DNA from: Octopus vulgaris
Lineage: Eukaryota
NCBI GenBank assembly: GCA_951406725.2
Contig: OX597817.1
Location: forward strand, 174,902,001-174,966,000
Direction: 5' to 3'
Length of the DNA stretch: 64,000 bases
Position 1 is the first letter of the stretch, and every line of letters starts with the position of its first letter. This document shows positions 36,416-49,941 of this stretch, piece after piece. The position numbers and the translations under genes were made by a program. A model generated the notes under the pieces. That model saw only the letters and a list, made by a program, of their open reading frames with translations. It was not told where the DNA came from and ran no database searches.

Positions 36416-36420
<5 letters not shown>
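35783..36420 (+). mobile_element. Young hammerhead-bearing non-autonomous retroelement (retrozyme/Penelope-like)
   Basis: Perfect 138-bp inverted repeat (35783-35920 / 36150-36287); 17-bp direct redundancy ttaattgttaaacttat at 35924 and 36404 (period 480); internal HHR; (TA)n on both sides. Confidence 0.8.
36101..36158 (+). ncRNA. Type I hammerhead ribozyme (intact core)
   Basis: AGTTCTG CTGACGA t cat ta gac gcaa gtt gt atg t GAAA tcac g gtga TA CAGAACT: perfect 7-bp stem I, self-complementary stem III, AUA triplet, predicted cleavage after 36151. Confidence 0.85.
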
Positions 36421-36474
<54 letters not shown>

Positions 36475-36749
36475 GTATGAATGTGTGTGTATATGTTTGT
36501 GTTTGTCTCCCCAACATCGCTTGACAACCGATGGTGATGTGTTTACATCCCCGTAACTTAGCGGTTCGGTAAAAGAGACCGATAGAATAAGTATTAGGCT
36601 TCCAAAGAATAAGTCCTGGGGTTGATTTGCTCGACTAAAGGCGGTGCTCCAGCATGGCCACAGTCAAATGACTGAAACAAGTAAAAGAGTAAAGAGAGTT
36701 CTAGAACTGACTCGTTCTCTATTGGCAAGAAATCTTAAAATAAAACTGA

Positions 36750-36799
<50 letters not shown>

Positions 36800-37729
36800 T
36801 CTCACACACACATGACAGGTGTCATTCACCTTCCATCTACTACACAAATTTACAAAGCTTTGGTTGACCTCAGACTATAGTAGTATTGAACTCAAGACCA
36901 CATGGTTGAGAAGCAAGCTTCCTAACCACACTGCCATGCCTGTTATTATTAATTGAATTGATCTCAGAGAATTACTGGTATTAGGTTTAGTTAACACAGA
37001 GATAATACAAAGTAATCATTAAACTCTGAACGTGGAGGGAGGTGGGACGAACCTAAATGCCGTGAGTCATTTATCCCAATACTGACTCTTACTTTCTCAA
37101 TACACCCACTGCACTTCTTCAGTTGATGTTTATATTGACCAACATTTGTTATGCTGTTGGATGGTCTGGACATGCATGTATTAATAATTTATAAAGATAT
37201 ACAATCAATAAACAAACTCATTTGCCCGATATTTATGGAGTGAGGGAGAAGAATAACTACAATAGATCAAATTATATTAAATATCCAGTCTCTTTCAACA
37301 CAAGATTATGAACTCGGTACATATGACTCATCAAAGAAAGCTTGCTATGCCAGAAATCATTATTGATATATACATATGAATGGATGGCAAAGTCAATAAG
37401 GTACCAAACAATTGGTTGGAAAGACAGTAGTTCATATCCTGCCACTTGCCTTTGAAGTGTTGTTAAGATACATAGCTCTCAAAAACCAAGATCTTTGTAG
37501 TTCCAGAAACAGGTATCACAGGGTGGTGGAGTTAACATTTATAAATTACAAATGGTTGGCTGAGCCGGTGAGGGAACCTTTACATGGTTAATTGATATGC
37601 TAGAAATAGTAGTAAAATCTCCTTCAGCTTTCACTCTACTGTCATAAAAAAATATATGAAAGATTGGATAATGTAGTTTTAATGACATCATATCTGAAAA
37701 ACCAATACTATTTCTTATGGTTGAAATGT

Positions 37730-37789
37730 CGCAAAGCCTTGTGAGTAGATTTGGTAGATGGAAACTGAAAGAAGCCCATCGTATATATG

Positions 37790-37864
<75 letters not shown>

Positions 37865-38078
37865 TTGTGTGTCTGTGTTTGTCCCCCCACCCAATGTCGC
37901 TTGACAACTGATGCTGGTGTGTTTACATCCCAGTAACTTAGCAGTTTGGTAAAAGAGACCAATAGAATAAGTACTAGGCTTACAAAGAATAAGACCTGGG
38001 GTCGATTTGCTCGACTAAAGGTGGTGCTCCAACATGGCCACAGTCAAATGACTGAAACAAGTAAAAGAGTAAAAGAGT
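37730..38078 (+). mobile_element. SINE family A, 5'-truncated
   Basis: Family-A body and tail. Confidence 0.9.
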
Positions 38079-38723
38079 GTATTGTTGAAATACAACCAAT
38101 TTGTATCTCATAAATTTTAACAGCAAGATCTTATATGAGTTCCCAAGGGCCACATGGATCCTAGCTGAGAACCGTTGTATAACATTGGTCTAGATTTTAT
38201 ATTGAAAACTTCAGTGCTGACTTTTAGAAGAAGCTAGGATCAATAGGCTGAGACAACCCCTCAAAAATTCAGTCCCAGAGGTGTGAAGTAGCAAATGAAG
38301 AGACAGTAAATTGTGTGTGCCATCACCTGATCATTAAGCTGTTGCCTTACCTTTAATCTATAATCATATTGCTACTCCTGTGATTGTAATGGTGATAGAT
38401 GTAAATGAGTACAATGATGATGATAATGATGATGATGAAGATGATGATGATGATAATGATGATGATAATGATGATGATAATGATGATGATGATGATGATG
38501 AAGATGACAGCAACAACAATGACAAAAAACAACAACAACAGCACTAGAAGCAACTGCTGCCAAATTATGAATAATCACATTTTAATAATGATTTCTTACT
38601 TTGTAGAACAAGAAATAAGCATTCAGGAAGCGAATTCAATGAACTGATTTTGAATCATAGAATGTTGAAGCTAATTTGCTTCATTTGAGACACTTTTATT
38701 TCTGCATTTTGCATTTCTCATGC

Positions 38724-38938
38724 CTCTTTATTCTTTACTGTTTTATTTGTTTCAGTCATTTGACTGTGGCCATGCTGGAGCACCGTCTTTGGTCGAGCAA
38801 ATCGACCCCAGGACTTATTCTTTGTAAGCCTAGTACTTATTCTATCGGTCTCTTTTGCCAAACCGCTAAGTTACAGGGATGTAAACACACCAGCATCGGT
38901 TGTCAAGCAATGTTGGGGGGACAAACACAGACACACGA

Positions 38939-38995
<57 letters not shown>

Positions 38996-39157
38996 CAACG
39001 GGCTTCTTTCAGTTTCTGTCTACCAAATCCACTCACAAGGCTTTGGTTGGCCCGAGGCTATAGTAGAAGACACTTACCCAAGGTGCCACACAGTGGGACT
39101 GAACCCAGAACCATGTGGTTCATAAGTAAGCTACTTACTACACAGCCACTCCAATGC
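38724..39157 (-). mobile_element. SINE family A
   Basis: Full-length reverse copy. Confidence 0.9.
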
Positions 39158-39547
39158 CTGTTAAATTTTGGATGTGTGACTTTATAATGAATCAGTTCAT
39201 GCTTCTGAAATAAGCATAAGGTGAACAATTTTTAGGGAGGGAATTTGTCAATACCATCAACCCCCAGTAATTAACTGGTACTTTACTTAATTGATCCTAA
39301 AATGAAAGGTAAAGTTGACCTTGGTTGGATGTGAACTCAGAACATATAGAATTGTAGTAAATATGTGGCATTTTTTTCCCAATACTCTAATGATTCTGCC
39401 AAAGAACTGCCCATTTATTGTGAATTCTGTCTTGTTTTGTCATGATGGCTTTGTGTTTAAAAAAGTTTGCTTTTGCAACAACTTGGTTTTAAATTTGATC
39501 TGACAGTGTAGCACCAAGGTCAAGTATATTCTATCCCTTGCGAGCTG

Positions 39548-39716
39548 TGGCCTTTAGTCGAGCAAATCGACCCCAGGACTTACTCTTTATAAGCCTAGTA
39601 CTTATTCTGTCTCTTTTGCCAAACCACTAAGTTACGGGGACATAAACACATGAGCATCGGTTGTCAAGCGATGTTGGGGAGGGGGAGACAAACACAGACA
39701 CACAAACATACACACA

Positions 39717-39782
<66 letters not shown>

Positions 39783-39946
39783 TACTACGAGCTACTTTCA
39801 GTTTCCAAATCCTCTCACAGGGCTTTGTTTGGTCGGCCCAAGGCTATAGTAGAAGATACTTGCCCAAGGTGCCACACAGTGGGACTGAACCTAGAACCAT
39901 GTGGTTTCTAAAGCAAGCTACTTACCACACAGTCACTCCTACGCCT
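39548..39946 (-). mobile_element. SINE family A
   Basis: Reverse copy. Confidence 0.88.
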
Positions 39947-40224
39947 ATATATACATATATAAATATATGTGTGCATTCTGTGTGTGTGCATGTATATATG
40001 TATGTGTGTATGTATTCTGGACACTGCTTGCTAATTGTAAGCAAACATCACTGTCACTGTCATACAAGCAGTATCATTTGTTTGCAGTCTTCCATGAAAA
40101 CATGTCTGGTCATTGAACTAAGGAACAAGGGAAATATTGCGTTACTTGGAAGCAGGCAAAGGTTGATGACAAGGAGAGTAGCAAGCTATAAGAAATAAGC
40201 CTCAAAAATTTCTAGTGATACATT

Positions 40225-40533
40225 GTTTTTTGCCCTTTTCAAGCCCAGCCAGGCTCACAGGCCCAGCTTCCCGGTTTCTGTGGTGTATGTGTTCCCCCCA
40301 GCTGGACAGGACATCAGTCCATCGCAGCATTACTCAAGAAACAGGAAGAGAGAGTGAGAGAAAGTTGTGGCAAAAGAGTACAACAGGGGTCACCACCACC
40401 CCCTGCCGGAACCTCGTGGAGCTTTTAGGTGTTTGCACTCAATAAACACACACAATACCCAGTCTGGGAATAGAAACCGCAATCCTCCGACCGCGAGTCC
40501 ACAGCCCTAACCACTGGGTCTTTGTGCCTCCAC
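40225..40533 (-). mobile_element. tRNA-derived SINE (V-domain-like)
   Basis: Minus-strand head ggaggcacaaagacccagtggttagggctg; gctgcgatggactgatgtcctgtccag. Confidence 0.8.
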
Positions 40534-40651
40534 CTAGTGATACATGATGAACATTAAAATGATGATGATGATGATGATGACGACGACAATGATGATGCTA
40601 AAGATGATGAAAAGTCTCAGATCTATGTTGATTGAGGATAGGAACAGAAAA

Positions 40652-40950
40652 GTGGAGGCACATGGCCTAGTGGTTAGAGCAGTGGACTTGCGGTCAAGGG
40701 ATCGCGGGTTCGAATCTCAGACCGGGCAATGTGTGTGTTTATGAGCGAAACACCTAAGCTCCATGCGACTCCGGCAGAAGATAATGGCGAACTTCTACTG
40801 ACTCTTTCGCCACAAACTTTCTCTCACTCTTTCCTCCTGCATCTTGCAGCTCACCTGTGATGGACTGTCGTCCCATCCAGGTGGGGAAACTATATACCAA
40901 GGAAACCGGACCTTATGAGCCAGGCATGGCTCGAGAAGGAACAAACAACA
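40652..40950 (+). mobile_element. tRNA-derived SINE (V-domain-like)
   Basis: ggaggcacatggcctagtggttagagc...gggttcgaatctc; cctgtgatggactgtcgtcccatccagg. Confidence 0.8.
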
Positions 40951-41449
40951 TAGAAACAGAAAGCTAATAATGTTCATATTTTTACAAGTGTGTTTGTAGT
41001 ATTTGAGATGTCAATGGAGTGTTTCTGACTGTGGATTGAAACTGAGTGGCAGAGTTGCAGATTCGTTTTGTTAAGAAATGACTCTTGCATCTCAAAATTG
41101 TGCAACAATGGAAATCATAAGGAAAGTCTGAAAGAAGTTTGACTTTGATTTCCAATACGATTTCTAAATCTGTCCTGAATCAGACTCATTGAATTCTAGA
41201 CCTTTTCTGTTGTGTGTGTGTGTGTGTGCATGCGCGTCTGTATGTAAATGTTGTGTATATGCATGTGTGTCATGTAATTGCGTATGTCTGTGAGTGTGTG
41301 CATATGTGTGTCTGTATGTGAGTGCACATGCATGTGTGTATATTATGTAATTACAAATGTATATGCATGCGTGCAAGCATAAGTATATCCACATGACCAT
41401 ATGCATGTATGTTTGTATATGTATATGCATATTCGTATGTAACTATATA

Positions 41450-41480
<31 letters not shown>

Positions 41481-41659
41481 ACATGTGTGTATATATATGT
41501 GTGTGTATACATGTGTGTGTATATATATATATATTCATGTGTGTGTATATATATATATATACATGTATATATATATTTGTGTATGTGTGTGTGTATGTGC
41601 ATGTGCCTGTGTGTGTGTGCATGTGTGTGTTGTGTGTGTGTGTGTGTGTGTTGTGTGTG

Positions 41660-41707
<48 letters not shown>

Positions 41708-43212
41708 GTAATGCAAATTGACAAGTAAATAATTATTTCTGTACTGACTTTAATTGGTGAAACATTTTAGAATGAATTGCTTTTTGATTAAAGGAAAAAT
41801 CAATTTTCGACTAATTACAGTGTCTGATTATCTAATTTTAGGAGTTTTTAGTCTTTCTTCTCTTTCTCCCTCTCTCTCAGTCTCTGTCTCTCTCTCTCTT
41901 TCTTTCTCCCTTCCCTCATTCTCTCTTTCTCTTTCCTGTTTTCTCTCCTTAATGATATAAAAACTATGGAACTCACAAGGTAACAGCTATTTAACTGGGG
42001 AAAAAAATTGCAAAGTGAGAAACTTATTTTAAGGTGAAGAAAAATGAGAGAGAGAGAGAGAAAGGAGGAAAGAGTGAGAGAGGGAGAGAATGAGGGAGAA
42101 AGAGAGAGAGGGAGAAAGTGAGACAGACAGGCAGGCATAACAGAATGTGAGAGGGGGTGAGAAGTATATGAATCTGTGTGTGGGTTTACACAAACACACA
42201 CATACACACACACACACACACACGTGCATTATTTGTTAGTAATTTTTTTGTTATAACCGATTTTCTTGCCTAACAGACAGCTTTTAATTTAATGAGCCAA
42301 TAAGGGAAACTGTACCTGATCATTCACTCTGCTTGAAATCATAGCCAAAACTCCCTCAATTCACATCCTGCCTTCTAAACAATAAGTTGTACGTTGGATG
42401 ATGTAGTCTTATCTGTACTGTGTTTAATCATGGCCATCTTAGAGACAGCTAATAATGATGATGGACCTCATCAGTTTTGATAATGAGGAATCATTTGGTC
42501 AATGAACTGAGCTCTTAATGTGCAAGTGGCTGAATATTCCACAGTCACATGTACATGTAGTTTAATTTTCAAGCTGAATCAGTGTGTGACAAAACCGGAT
42601 CTGTGAATTATAAATTCATCTCACAGGTTTCCTCACAGTCTCCATTTACCCGGTTACACTCACAAGGCTTCCGTCAGCCTGGGGCTATTGGAAAAAGCAC
42701 TTGTCCAAGTTTCCACACTGTAGAGACGGAATGTATGTATGTATGTGTGTGTGTGTGTGTGTGCATGCATGTGTGTGTATGTATGTAGGTATGTTGGTAC
42801 GCATGTATGTAAGTACGTACATAAGTATGTATTCAGTTTTCAGTCCTCATTCAGTTTTATTTCAAGATTTCTTGCCAATAAAGAAGGGGTCAGTCTCTAA
42901 CCAAGAACCAAGGGTCCTTCATTAGTATTTCAACAACATCAACAGGGTTTTTTGCCTGTATGTGTGTCTATGTGCAGTATTTGGAGTCTATATGTATGTA
43001 TGTTTGTATGTATATATTTACGTATATATCTATGTATATATGTATGTATATATGTATGTGTTTGTATGTATGCATGCTTGTAAGTATGTATGTATGTGTG
43101 TATGTATGTATGTATGTGTGTGTGAGTGTGTGTATGTATGTATGTATGCATGCATGCTTGTATGTATGTATGTATGTATGTATGTATGTATGTGTGTGTG
43201 AGTGTGTGTATG

Positions 43213-43243
<31 letters not shown>

Positions 43244-44551
43244 TGTATGTATGTAATGTATGTATGTATGTATGTACATGTGTGTGTATATGTATGTGAG
43301 TACAGTGTGTAGATATATGTTTGAATGTGTTTGTGTGTCTCCACTTTCATGTTCCATTCATGTACTACAAATCTACGTTGTCCCCCACACAGTCACAATC
43401 TTTAATTTATTTGACATTTTCATACCCAGAATGCATCATTTTTACACTTGAAATAAACTATTCAGTTTTCTCTCGCTGCTGAAATTTCCTAGCATTTGTT
43501 AATAGGCAAGACAAATTGTTTGTGACCTAATTAAGTGAGCTACTGACCTGATTAGATGATCTACTTAGTGATAGAGATGGATATAGTAAGAATAAATAAT
43601 TAAATGAAGTGAGAGTTAGAAGGAATATATATAGAAAACTATGATCATGATGATGATCATGATGATGTTTTAGTTCAATTCAACTTTGCTGTAAACCTTT
43701 GATCTAAGTTTTTCCATCCATGGCCACTCTGTCTCTCTGTATGTTTGGTATTGTATTATCTGATATGGTGAATCAACTGGTATTTTGCATTTATCAACTT
43801 TGGATGCAAACATAAATGGCAAAGTTGATTTTGGTGAGATTTGAACTCAGTGAGCAGAGAGCCAGAAAAAAACACAGCAATGCATTTGATCCAATGCTTC
43901 AATGACTTTCTCAATTTGCTGTCATAAAATTATAAGCCTGGCACTGGTGCTATGTAGAAAGCACTGGAGCTGGTGCTATGTAAATAGTACAGGTGATGGT
44001 GTCACATAAAAAGCACTGGGGTCATGTAGAAAGCACCAGTGCTACATAAAAATAAAACACCCAGTTCACTCTAACCCTAGCAGGTTAAACATAACAGAAG
44101 GAAGAGAGAAAGAAAGTTGAGAGAGAGAGTGGGAGAGAGAGGAGAAAGATGAAGAGAGGAAGAAAAGGAGAGATAGAGAGAGGGAAGAGGAGAGAAAGTG
44201 AGAGTGAGAAACTGGAGAGGAGTTGCTTTATTGAGAACCAGAAAGTATGTTGTCAAGAGGGCGGCATGTGTGTATGTGTGTGCACATGTGTGTGTATGTA
44301 GAAACTAAGCTAAAACAGACTATGGAACCCAGTGCAGGCCCTGGCATTGCCAGTTCCTGTCAAGCCATCCAACCCATGCCAGCATGGAAATGGATGTTAA
44401 ATAACGAGGAAGAGGATAATGAAAATTATAGACCTTATTGACCTTGGTGGAATAAAAAGTAAAGTTTAGAGGATTTGAACTCAGGATGTAGAAGGAGGAA
44501 AGTGAAATTGGTAAGGCATCTAGTATGGCAATATGGCTCTCTTCTGTTTTG

Positions 44552-44775
44552 GAAGGCGGTGAGCTGGCAGAAACGTTAGCAAGCTGGGCGAAATGTTTAG
44601 CGGTATTTCATCTGTCTTTACGTTCTGAGTTCAAATTCCACCAAGGTTGACTTTGCCTTTCATACTTTCGGGGTCAATAAATTAAGTACCAGTTACGCAC
44701 TGGAGTCAATGTAATTGACTTAATCCCTTGTTTGTCCCCTCTATGTTTAGCCCCTTGTGGCAATAAAGAAATAAG
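44552..44775 (+). mobile_element. SINE family B with target-site duplication
   Basis: Full copy; tatggc(t/a)ctcttctgtttt is duplicated on both sides. Confidence 0.9.
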
Positions 44776-44965
44776 TATGGCACTCTTCTGTTTTGTCCCT
44801 GTGCAAGCCATGTTGTGAATGCATGGACTAAGGATTTCTAAGACAGGAAAGCAGCAATATTTGTGGTTGTTTAGCCCCACATTTGGTTTGATTGTGTTAA
44901 CTCATGATGAAAGCTGTAAACATTCCATCTTCTTCTTTTCTTCGGAAGTGCTGCATCTAGGACTA

Positions 44966-45618
44966 CAGTAATCCCTTGACTATCTTGGGTGTTATGTTTC
45001 AAAAACTCCTGTGATAGATGAAAATCAATGAAGTAGGAACAATTCTCTACTGTATAATTTTTTTAATTATTTTTATAATTTTTATGTATTTATTTTATTA
45101 TAAATGCAAAACAACACCACAGAGGAATCGATGTAAGCTTAAATAGGTGTAGGAGTGGCTGTGTGGTAAGTAGCTTGCTTATGAACCACATGGTTCTGGG
45201 TTCAGTCCCACTGCATGACACCTTGGGCAAGTGTCTTCTACTATAGTCTCAGGCCAACCAAAGATTTGTGAGTGGATTTGGTAGACGGAAACTGAAAGAA
45301 GCCTGTCGTATATATGTATATATATATGTGTGTATGTGTGTGTGCATATGTTTGTGTGTTTGTGTTTGTCCCCCCAACATCGCTTGACAACCGATGCTGG
45401 TGTGTTTACGTCCCCGTAAGTTAGCGGTTCGGCAAAAGATACCGGTAGAATAAGTACTGGGCTTACAAAGAATAAGTCCTGGGATCGATTTGCTTGACTA
45501 AAGATGGTGCTCCAGCATGGCCTCAGTCAAATGACTGAAAGAAGTATAAAAGAGTAAAAGAGTGAAAAGAGAGTAATAAACCATGATAGGTGAACCACAA
45601 TATGGCGAGGAATTACCA
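44966..45618 (+). mobile_element. Tigger/pogo-like MITE split by a family-A SINE
   Basis: TA-cagtaatcccttgactat start; aligns with the uninterrupted copy at 46938-47146. Confidence 0.65.
45145..45574 (+). mobile_element. SINE family A
   Basis: Full-length copy. Confidence 0.9.
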
Positions 45619-46489
45619 TACATTATAAAAATGATCAAAAATAATTATATTATTAATGAAAATAAGTACATTGTTAATGAAGATAACTACATTAATTAAC
45701 GAATAAAAATGATAACATTATTTAATCAAAAAAGTAAGTACATAATTTAATTAATGAAAATGTACAATTATTTAACAAATTAAAATAACGGTTTCAAATT
45801 TAGGCACAAGGCCAGCAGTTTTGAAAGTTGGATGTTACTTGATACCATCAAGTCCAATACATGACTGCTACTTTATTTTATTAACCCCAGAGGGATGAAA
45901 GCAAATGATGAGGTATGAAAGCAAAAGATGATCCAGTACATAAAGAACTGGAGGAAAATGGTAGTTCATATTTTCTGCACTCTAACAATTTTGCCAGATG
46001 TCTGCTCCAACTTAACAAAATAAAGGTTTATAATTTTGGCGCAAGACACTGAAAGGACAAAAGGCAAAGCTGACTTCAGTGGAATTTGAACTCATGATGT
46101 AAAAAGCCAAAAGAAATCCCACCTAGAATTTTCTCTGACAAAAATAAGACAACAAAGGAGCCTGTATATGGCCAGCTGACCTGTTAGAAATAGCAACTAA
46201 GTCTCCCTTAAATCACATCATTTTGTCCTTTAAAAGGAAGTCGTTAAATAATGTAGTCACAGATATGAATTGCTTGAGAGAAGAAACATGATGGTCATGG
46301 CTAGAAAGCCTTTGGTCATTGATCTGCTCAGTTACAGATGACCTGGCCGCAAACAACAGAAACAACCAATGGAAATAGTTGTTGCTGTTGCTTGTAAAAT
46401 CCTTCAGTAAAAGTCCACCAGTGTGAGGTGTAATTTGAACAGAAAAAGTGGACTTAAAAATTTAATTTTGTTATGCCATGTACTAGGGT

Positions 46490-46900
46490 GTACTAGGGTG
46501 TTTTGAAAAGATCCTAGCTTTAAGGGTATTGCAGAAGACCTGGTTGGAGGCCTAAACTTCTGAATTCTTTCACAGGGTTTAGAAAAGCCGAAGGATTGCT
46601 GCAATAAATGTGTGAATCTGAGAGGAGAATATGTTGAATAAAATCATAATTAACTGATCCTATACACACACACACACACACATGCACACGCACGCACACA
46701 CGCACGCACACACATGCACGCACACACACACACACACACGCACACACATACACACACACGAAGGGTGCTGCAAAGTTCCTGGCTTTAAAAGTATTGTGAA
46801 AGGCTTGGTTGGAGGCCTAAACTCCTGAGTTCTTTTACAGGGCTTAGGAAAACTGAAGGACTGCTTAAATAAGTGTATAAATCTGAGAGGGGAATACGTT
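46490..46900 (+). mobile_element. Two partial mariner-derived MITE copies
   Basis: agggtg..aaagttcctggcttt end and KCVNLRGEYVE*-like mariner C-terminus; third copy at 54148-54348. Confidence 0.7.
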
Positions 46901-46937
46901 CTCGGCACCACCTTGTGTATATACATATACATATATA

Positions 46938-47146
46938 CAGTAACCCCTTGACTATGTTCCAAACCCCATGTAATACGTGAAAATTCATGAAGTAGAAACA
47001 GTACTGTGCTGTATATTTTTTTAATTACCTTTATAATTTGTATATATTTAATTTATCATAAATACAAAACAACCCCATGGAGGAATCTATGTAAGCTTAA
47101 ATAATAAGCCACAATAGGTGAACCATAATATGGTGATGGATTACTC
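46938..47146 (+). mobile_element. Tigger/pogo-like MITE
   Basis: TA-cagtaacccctt...ggattact termini. Confidence 0.65.
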
Positions 47147-47157
47147 TCTCTCTCTCA

Positions 47158-47191
<34 letters not shown>

Positions 47192-47403
47192 GATGGGCTG
47201 CTTTCAGTTTCCGTCTACCACATCCACTTACAAGGCTTTGGTTGGTCCAAGGCTATAGCAGATGACACTTGCCATGCAGTGGAACTGAACCTGGGACCAT
47301 GTGGTTGGTAAGCAAGCTACTTACCTCACAACCATTCCTGCGCCTATACATACATACATATATATATACACACACACACACATATATATATATATACACA
47401 CAC

Positions 47404-47448
<45 letters not shown>

Positions 47449-47655
47449 AATATATATATATATATGGTAGAGCTGTGTTCTGTTAAGAATGTATTAGAAT
47501 ACAAATAGAGCTTGTTCACCCTAAGAATTCCCAAATAGCCAGTAAATCCTGTATATACATGGATCTGTATGTATCAAAACATTTGTAGGGATTATTAAAA
47601 AGCTGTCTAACTTGCTCTTCCTTTTGACTCTTTTACTTTTTACATTTTACTTGAT

Positions 47656-47730
<75 letters not shown>

Positions 47731-48752
47731 ATGCATCCTATTCATTCTTAATTCTAAATCGTTCTGGCAGATTTAAATGTTGCTTTTTTGTCACTGGGAA
47801 ATACTTTATCCTTCCAGTGACATATGTTCATAACACACAATGATCCACTGGTTCACTGATGTAACAAGACATTGAGGGACACTGCAATGTTTCAACATTT
47901 TTGTGTGTCTCCTCACTTAAAGTTACCCCATGGCCAGAACGATGGACCTGAATCAACAAAGAAATTATTTGCTGATTTATGCAGATGTCTGTCAAATAGA
48001 TAATGAATAATAATTCTTGGGGTGTTCCAATGGGGGAAAACAGCAGTGATCGGACGTTCACATTCAAGTCTACCTGAACATATAGAAAATAAATAGATAG
48101 TTTGTTGTTTTTATTTCTCTACTGGAAAGGTGAGCAGGTTAAAGATAAGAGAAGGAAAAGAGAAAGAAAGTATTGAGAGAGAGAGTGGGAGAGAGAGGAG
48201 GAAGATGAGGAGAGGAAGAAAAAGAGAGATAGAGAGTAGGGAGAGGGAGAGGAGAGAAAGCGAAAGTGAGAAACTGGAGAGGAGTTGCTTTATTGAGAAC
48301 CAGAAAGTATGTTGTCAAGAGGGCTGCATGTGTGCATGTGTGTGCATGCGTGTGCACATGTGTGTGTTTGTGTGTGTGTTTGTGTGTGTGTATGTGCATA
48401 TGTGTATGTGTTTTTGCATGTAGTTAACACCAGCTGTTGTTGCTTTGTACAGGTTGCAGTTGTGACAGCTGCAGTCCCGAGAACAACAGCAGCAGTAGCA
48501 GCAGCAGCAGTAGTAGCAGTAGCAGCAGCAGCAACAGAAGTGGCAGTAGTCATAGTAGTAGTAGAGGTAGTAGTGGTGGAGGTGGTGGTGGTGGTGGGGT
48601 GAGGTGATGGCACGAAGAGCTATAATATTAAGTAGTAAAACATTTAGTAAAAATATACAACTGTTACACTTGTTGCTATCTAAATGTCAAAAGAGTTAGC
48701 AACAACAGCAACAACAGTGGCAGAAGCAGTAATTTTAGAAGTTGTAGAAGTT

Positions 48753-48804
<52 letters not shown>

Positions 48805-49176
48805 CAGCTGTGACAGAAATTGGAGAATTAATAGGTTAACTAGTAGTAAATTCTATTAATGTCGTCATTGGTGTTTGTCATCATCATCATTATAGCTGTC
48901 ATCAGAGATCGTCATTGTGATCGTCGTTGTGGCCATCATCACCATCGTCATCGTCATAATCATCATCATCAAGGTCGTCACCGTTGTCGTCATCATCATC
49001 ATCATCATCATCATTGTCGTGGCTGTCATCATTGTCATTATCATCATCATCATCATCATGAAGATCATGAAGATCACAATCATTATCATCATCAAAATCA
49101 TTATTATCATCCACCTCAACATCATCATCTACATCATTATCATCGCCATTGTCATAGTCTTTCTCCTCCTCCTCCT

Positions 49177-49207
<31 letters not shown>

Positions 49208-49731
49208 ATCATCATCATCATTGTCACCACCACCACCACTGCCACTGCCACTGCCACTGCTGCCACCATCATCATCATCATCATTATCATCATCATCATC
49301 ATTGTAGTCATCATCATCCTTCATCCTTCTCCTCCTCCTCCTCCTCATCATCATTACCACTGTTAGTATAGCAGTAATAGGTGTAAAGAGTTAACAAAAA
49401 AAGCTTCTAAACATGGTCATACTCAAGCTGCAGAAAAAGAAAATAGCAGCCAAATTTCCTACAAATTACACCTTACCATTCTTAAAAATAAACATAAAAC
49501 AAAACCAAAGAAAACCGACAGAACATTCTGGACAATGGTGTAGTGGTCTTTGAAATACAAAATAAAATGCCTTTGATCATAGGTCCGCTTGATCATATGA
49601 CTGATGTTAAGCATACAGCAATAACAGTAGCAACAACATTTTAGTGTTTGTTTACCGATGCTACCTGAGGATTAAATAGTTCTGCTATGTAGATCTTTGC
49701 TTTGATCACTCACAGTCAAAAACAGATTACT

Positions 49732-49941
49732 TCAACCCTTCAGCGTTCAGATTTCTCTGTCAAATGCAATGCTTATTTATTCACAGCATTATCTTATAGC
49801 TTTGAGGTTTCAATGCTGTGATTGTATATTTCTAGAATGACATTGGAGGGCAAGTGTGAGTGGCTGGATCTGGTTGCTTTGAACATGAAACAGATAGTAT
49901 ATTTGGGCCGGATATGGCCTGTTTAAATGCTAAAGGGTTAA
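49732..49941. mobile_element. piggyBac-like MITE
   Basis: (t)caa-cccttcagc...gctaaaggg-ttaa; absent from the paralogous sequence at 53220-53250; second copy at 58819-59046. Confidence 0.7.

Larger units (their letters stand above)
35583..36698 (+). mobile_element. SINE family A split by an insertion into its internal (TA)n
   Basis: Head at 35583-35750, tail at ~36460-36698. Confidence 0.9.
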
